DNA from: a virus
Strand: one strand, 5' to 3'
DNA length: 64,000 nucleotides
IMG/VR virus record: IMGVR_UViG_3300042197_001179
Span: 3,870-67,869 of that record
Positions within the stretch are counted from its first letter, which is position 1. Every line of letters begins with the position of its first letter. The position numbers and the translations under genes are program-made. The notes under the pieces were generated by a model. The model searched no databases. It had not been told where the DNA came from and saw nothing but the letters and a program-made list of their open reading frames with translations. Shown here one piece after another: positions 62,165 through 64,000 of the stretch.

Positions 62165-63388
62165 GCCGTGCTATCCAGCGGTGGTCCCAGAGAGGATCAC
62201 ATCGTATGGATAGCAAGCTCAGCATGATCGAGGTCGGCGAAATCCACCCCTTCCACGCTGACGAAAACGTCAGCCGCACCGGTGGGTTGTTCAAGGACGA
62301 CAAGGACCGTGATACGCTCATCGGTCAGCTCGTCCCCGGATGGAATCCGTCACTCGGCGTCGCCGGACTCTACAAGCTTGACCCCAAGCAGGTCGAACTC
62401 GGCGTCAAGGAACGTACCGAACGGTGGGAGGCCCTCAAGCTCTCCCGGACGGACATCACCCTCCGGTTCAAGAACCCCAACTCCGAGAAGGATGATTCCG
62501 TGATCATCACGGCGTCTGACCTTCTCCGGGCGTGGGAAGCCACCTACACCCTCAAGGGCAAGGTGATTCCCCCGAAGTACGGTCAGGTGTTCGCGTTCCG
62601 CAGGGTTGAGTCTCTGCCCTACGTCAACGCCGTTCGCATCAAGCGCGGTCTCGACCCCATCCTCACGATCCCCGCGACCGTGAGTGTGTACGAGACTCAG
62701 ATGGAACGATTCCTCGCCACCGTCGGCGAGAACACCCTGAAACTCGCCGGTGCTCGTCAGCTCTCCAACGCGGATCAGATGTCTGCTGCCAAGCGTCTCT
62801 ACATGGAGCAGGCCAAGGAAGCCGACTTCCGCCGCGTCTGGAAGGTCGGGATGGCGCAGAAGCTCTACGCAATCTGCGCTCTGGACAACCGTTTCCCCGA
62901 AGCCGGGATCGTGTCCAGGATCATCGACGGCACGCTCGACTTCGGCCCGCTCGACAAAGAGAAGGTCCGAAAGCTCTACAAGGACCCTGCCGCCACGCTG
63001 GAGCAGGTCCTCAACCCGGAGAATCTCGGCGGGCCGACGGGCAACGCCCCGAAGATCGCACCGCGTTCCGACATCGAGACGATGGCGGAACAGTCTCCCG
63101 TGACGCTCATCAAGGAGACTGCGGCTGCGATCATGGCGAACGACACCAAGCGTGTCAATCGCTACGTCCCTCACTGCCACTTCCTCAACGAGATGACGGC
63201 GCTCGTTCTCACCGACACCGACCGAGCGAACCTCTGCAAGCTCGTCGCCGGCGTCGACGCCGCCACGGCCAAGAAGATTCAGGCTCTCGTCGAGCCTGCA
63301 CCGGCCAAGAAGTAACCCAAGAATGATCGCGTGATCATTCAGCTCTGACTCACACACCGCTTTCGGGACCACCGTTGGATAGCACGGC
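62165..63388 (+). repeat. 24-bp inverted repeat pair C (62165-62188 / 63365-63388; one G-U) enclosing one gene
   Basis: GCCGTGCTATCCAGCGGTGGTCCC ... GGGACCACCGTTGGATAGCACGGC. Confidence 0.93.
62206..63315 (+). CDS. Divergent ParB/Srx-like protein (cassette C)
   Basis: ENVSR, AFRR, IPATV, GENTLK...RQLSNADQ..AAKRL; strong C/G-ending codon bias. Confidence 0.6.
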   Translation: MDSKLSMIEVGEIHPFHADENVSRTGGLFKDDKDRDTLIGQLVPGWNPSLGVAGLYKLDPKQVELGVKERTERWEALKLSRTDITLRFKNPNSEKDDSVIITASDLLRAWEATYTLKGKVIPPKYGQVFAFRRVESLPYVNAVRIKRGLDPILTIPATVSVYETQMERFLATVGENTLKLAGARQLSNADQMSAAKRLYMEQAKEADFRRVWKVGMAQKLYAICALDNRFPEAGIVSRIIDGTLDFGPLDKEKVRKLYKDPAATLEQVLNPENLGGPTGNAPKIAPRSDIETMAEQSPVTLIKETAAAIMANDTKRVNRYVPHCHFLNEMTALVLTDTDRANLCKLVAGVDAATAKKIQALVEPAPAKK

Positions 63389-63411
63389 CACACACCCCAC
63401 CACCCTTTGGA

Positions 63412-63750
63412 GTGATTTCAATGTGGCAACTTTTCCACTACGGGAAGCCCGGCGATGTTTTCCCGAACAAGATTGACGGGATCATCGCACTCGCCAACCG
63501 TGACACGGGAGTCTATTTGGTGACGGAGCATAACAAGGTGATCTACTTCACCAAGGGATGGGCTCTCGCACCGAGCAAGGCTCCCGAGCATCGCTACGTG
63601 GTGACGTACCAGAATCGTCCAATGGCGATTTTCAAATCCACGGACAGTGTGATTCACTACCTCAAACAAGTGGGGATCGTGGACCTCACCCTGCCGGTTG
63701 CGGTGGGTGATCACGTAATCCTCGGCTCCGCCACAGTCACACAGCCGTGA
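63412..63750 (+). CDS. Hypothetical protein
   Basis: GGAG RBS; start may be ATG 63422. Confidence 0.65.
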   Translation: MISMWQLFHYGKPGDVFPNKIDGIIALANRDTGVYLVTEHNKVIYFTKGWALAPSKAPEHRYVVTYQNRPMAIFKSTDSVIHYLKQVGIVDLTLPVAVGDHVILGSATVTQP

Positions 63751-63760
63751 GGAGATTCTC

Positions 63761-63862
63761 ATGGTCTGGTACAAAGTTCCAAACCCTCACTTGGATACGG
63801 TCATCGACCTTATCCCGGTTGCGGTGGTTGTCGCAATCCTCTACCTCATCTTTCGACGATGA
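63761..63862 (+). CDS. 33-aa membrane peptide
   Basis: GAGGAG RBS; MVWYKVPNPHLDTVIDLIPVAVVVAILYLIFRR. Confidence 0.6.
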   Translation: MVWYKVPNPHLDTVIDLIPVAVVVAILYLIFRR

Positions 63863-63866
63863 ATGT

Positions 63867-63907
63867 ACCCTGAAAAGCCGCAAGGTTTTTCAGGGTTTTT
63901 TATTTTT
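63867..63907 (+). terminator. Intrinsic terminator
   Basis: ACCCTGAAAAGCC-GCAA-GGTTTTTCAGGGT followed by a T-tract. Confidence 0.88.
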
Positions 63908-63959
63908 CCAAAATTGCGTGACAAGTTTTTCCAAAATTGCGTGACAAGTTTTTCCAAAA
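63903..63959 (+). repeat. 23-bp tandem repeat, about 2.5 copies
   Basis: TTTTTCCAAAATTGCGTGACAAG twice plus TTTTTCCAAAA. Confidence 0.9.
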
Positions 63960-64000
63960 AATTGATTGTTGCGTCTTGAAGCCTTGGCGTAAACGACCGA

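Larger units (their letters stand above)
1..64000. mobile_element. Tailed dsDNA bacteriophage genome segment (siphovirus-like)
   Basis: Terminase, portal, scaffold, capsid, tail chaperone with frameshift, tape measure, phage replication genes, tRNAs and dense small ORFs; no host housekeeping operons. Confidence 0.97.

Noticed and set aside
62350-63393. 347-aa minus-strand ORF
   Set aside because: Antisense shadow of the strongly codon-biased plus-strand gene 62206-63315; no RBS or motifs
63903-63959. Possible CRISPR array
   Set aside because: Repeats are directly adjacent with no spacers; no cas operon
1-64000. Genome-wide TAG recoding
   Set aside because: Long late genes are intact in the standard code; only one suspicious TAG (23281-23283); no CTA-anticodon tRNA

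Overview
This window is a 64-kb segment of a tailed dsDNA phage genome (siphovirus-like, with a 1520-aa tape measure protein). No host chromosomal genes and no integrase are visible. Layout: (i) 1-16.7 kb, minus strand, densely packed accessory genes (glycosyltransferase, PD-(D/E)XK nuclease, MazG-like pyrophosphatase, ATP-dependent ligase, dCMP deaminase, several paralogue families, four tRNAs, a sigma factor); (ii) 16.8-28.1 kb, minus-strand replication operon (C39-like peptidase, NYN, VRR-NUC, family A polymerase, two ParB-like proteins, two methyltransferases, SNF2 helicase, SSB-like protein); (iii) a mirror-symmetric control region at 28.1-28.45 kb; (iv) a plus-strand primase-helicase operon to 33.6 kb; (v) a minus-strand morphogenesis operon at 33.6-60 kb; (vi) a GC-richer, probably early region from 60.1 kb. 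The most notable signals not explained by gene annotation are: (1) a shared N-terminal leader, R-x-[WF]-x-[TS]-V-F followed by A/D/G, on the capsid, scaffold, major tail, SSB-like and ParB-like proteins, suggesting phage-wide proteolytic maturation, with an orphan C39-like peptidase as one candidate enzyme; (2) early genes each enclosed by their own 23-24-nt complementary arms; (3) a candidate cascade in which a duplicated sigma70-type promoter drives a phage sigma factor and three GGAATAA-N12-GACGTA sites head the three large operons; (4) three 12-bp-stem hairpins with an identical UUAACG loop; (5) three CCCCTATA-N13-TATAGGGG palindromes. All product calls come from motif recognition by eye; no database searches were run.
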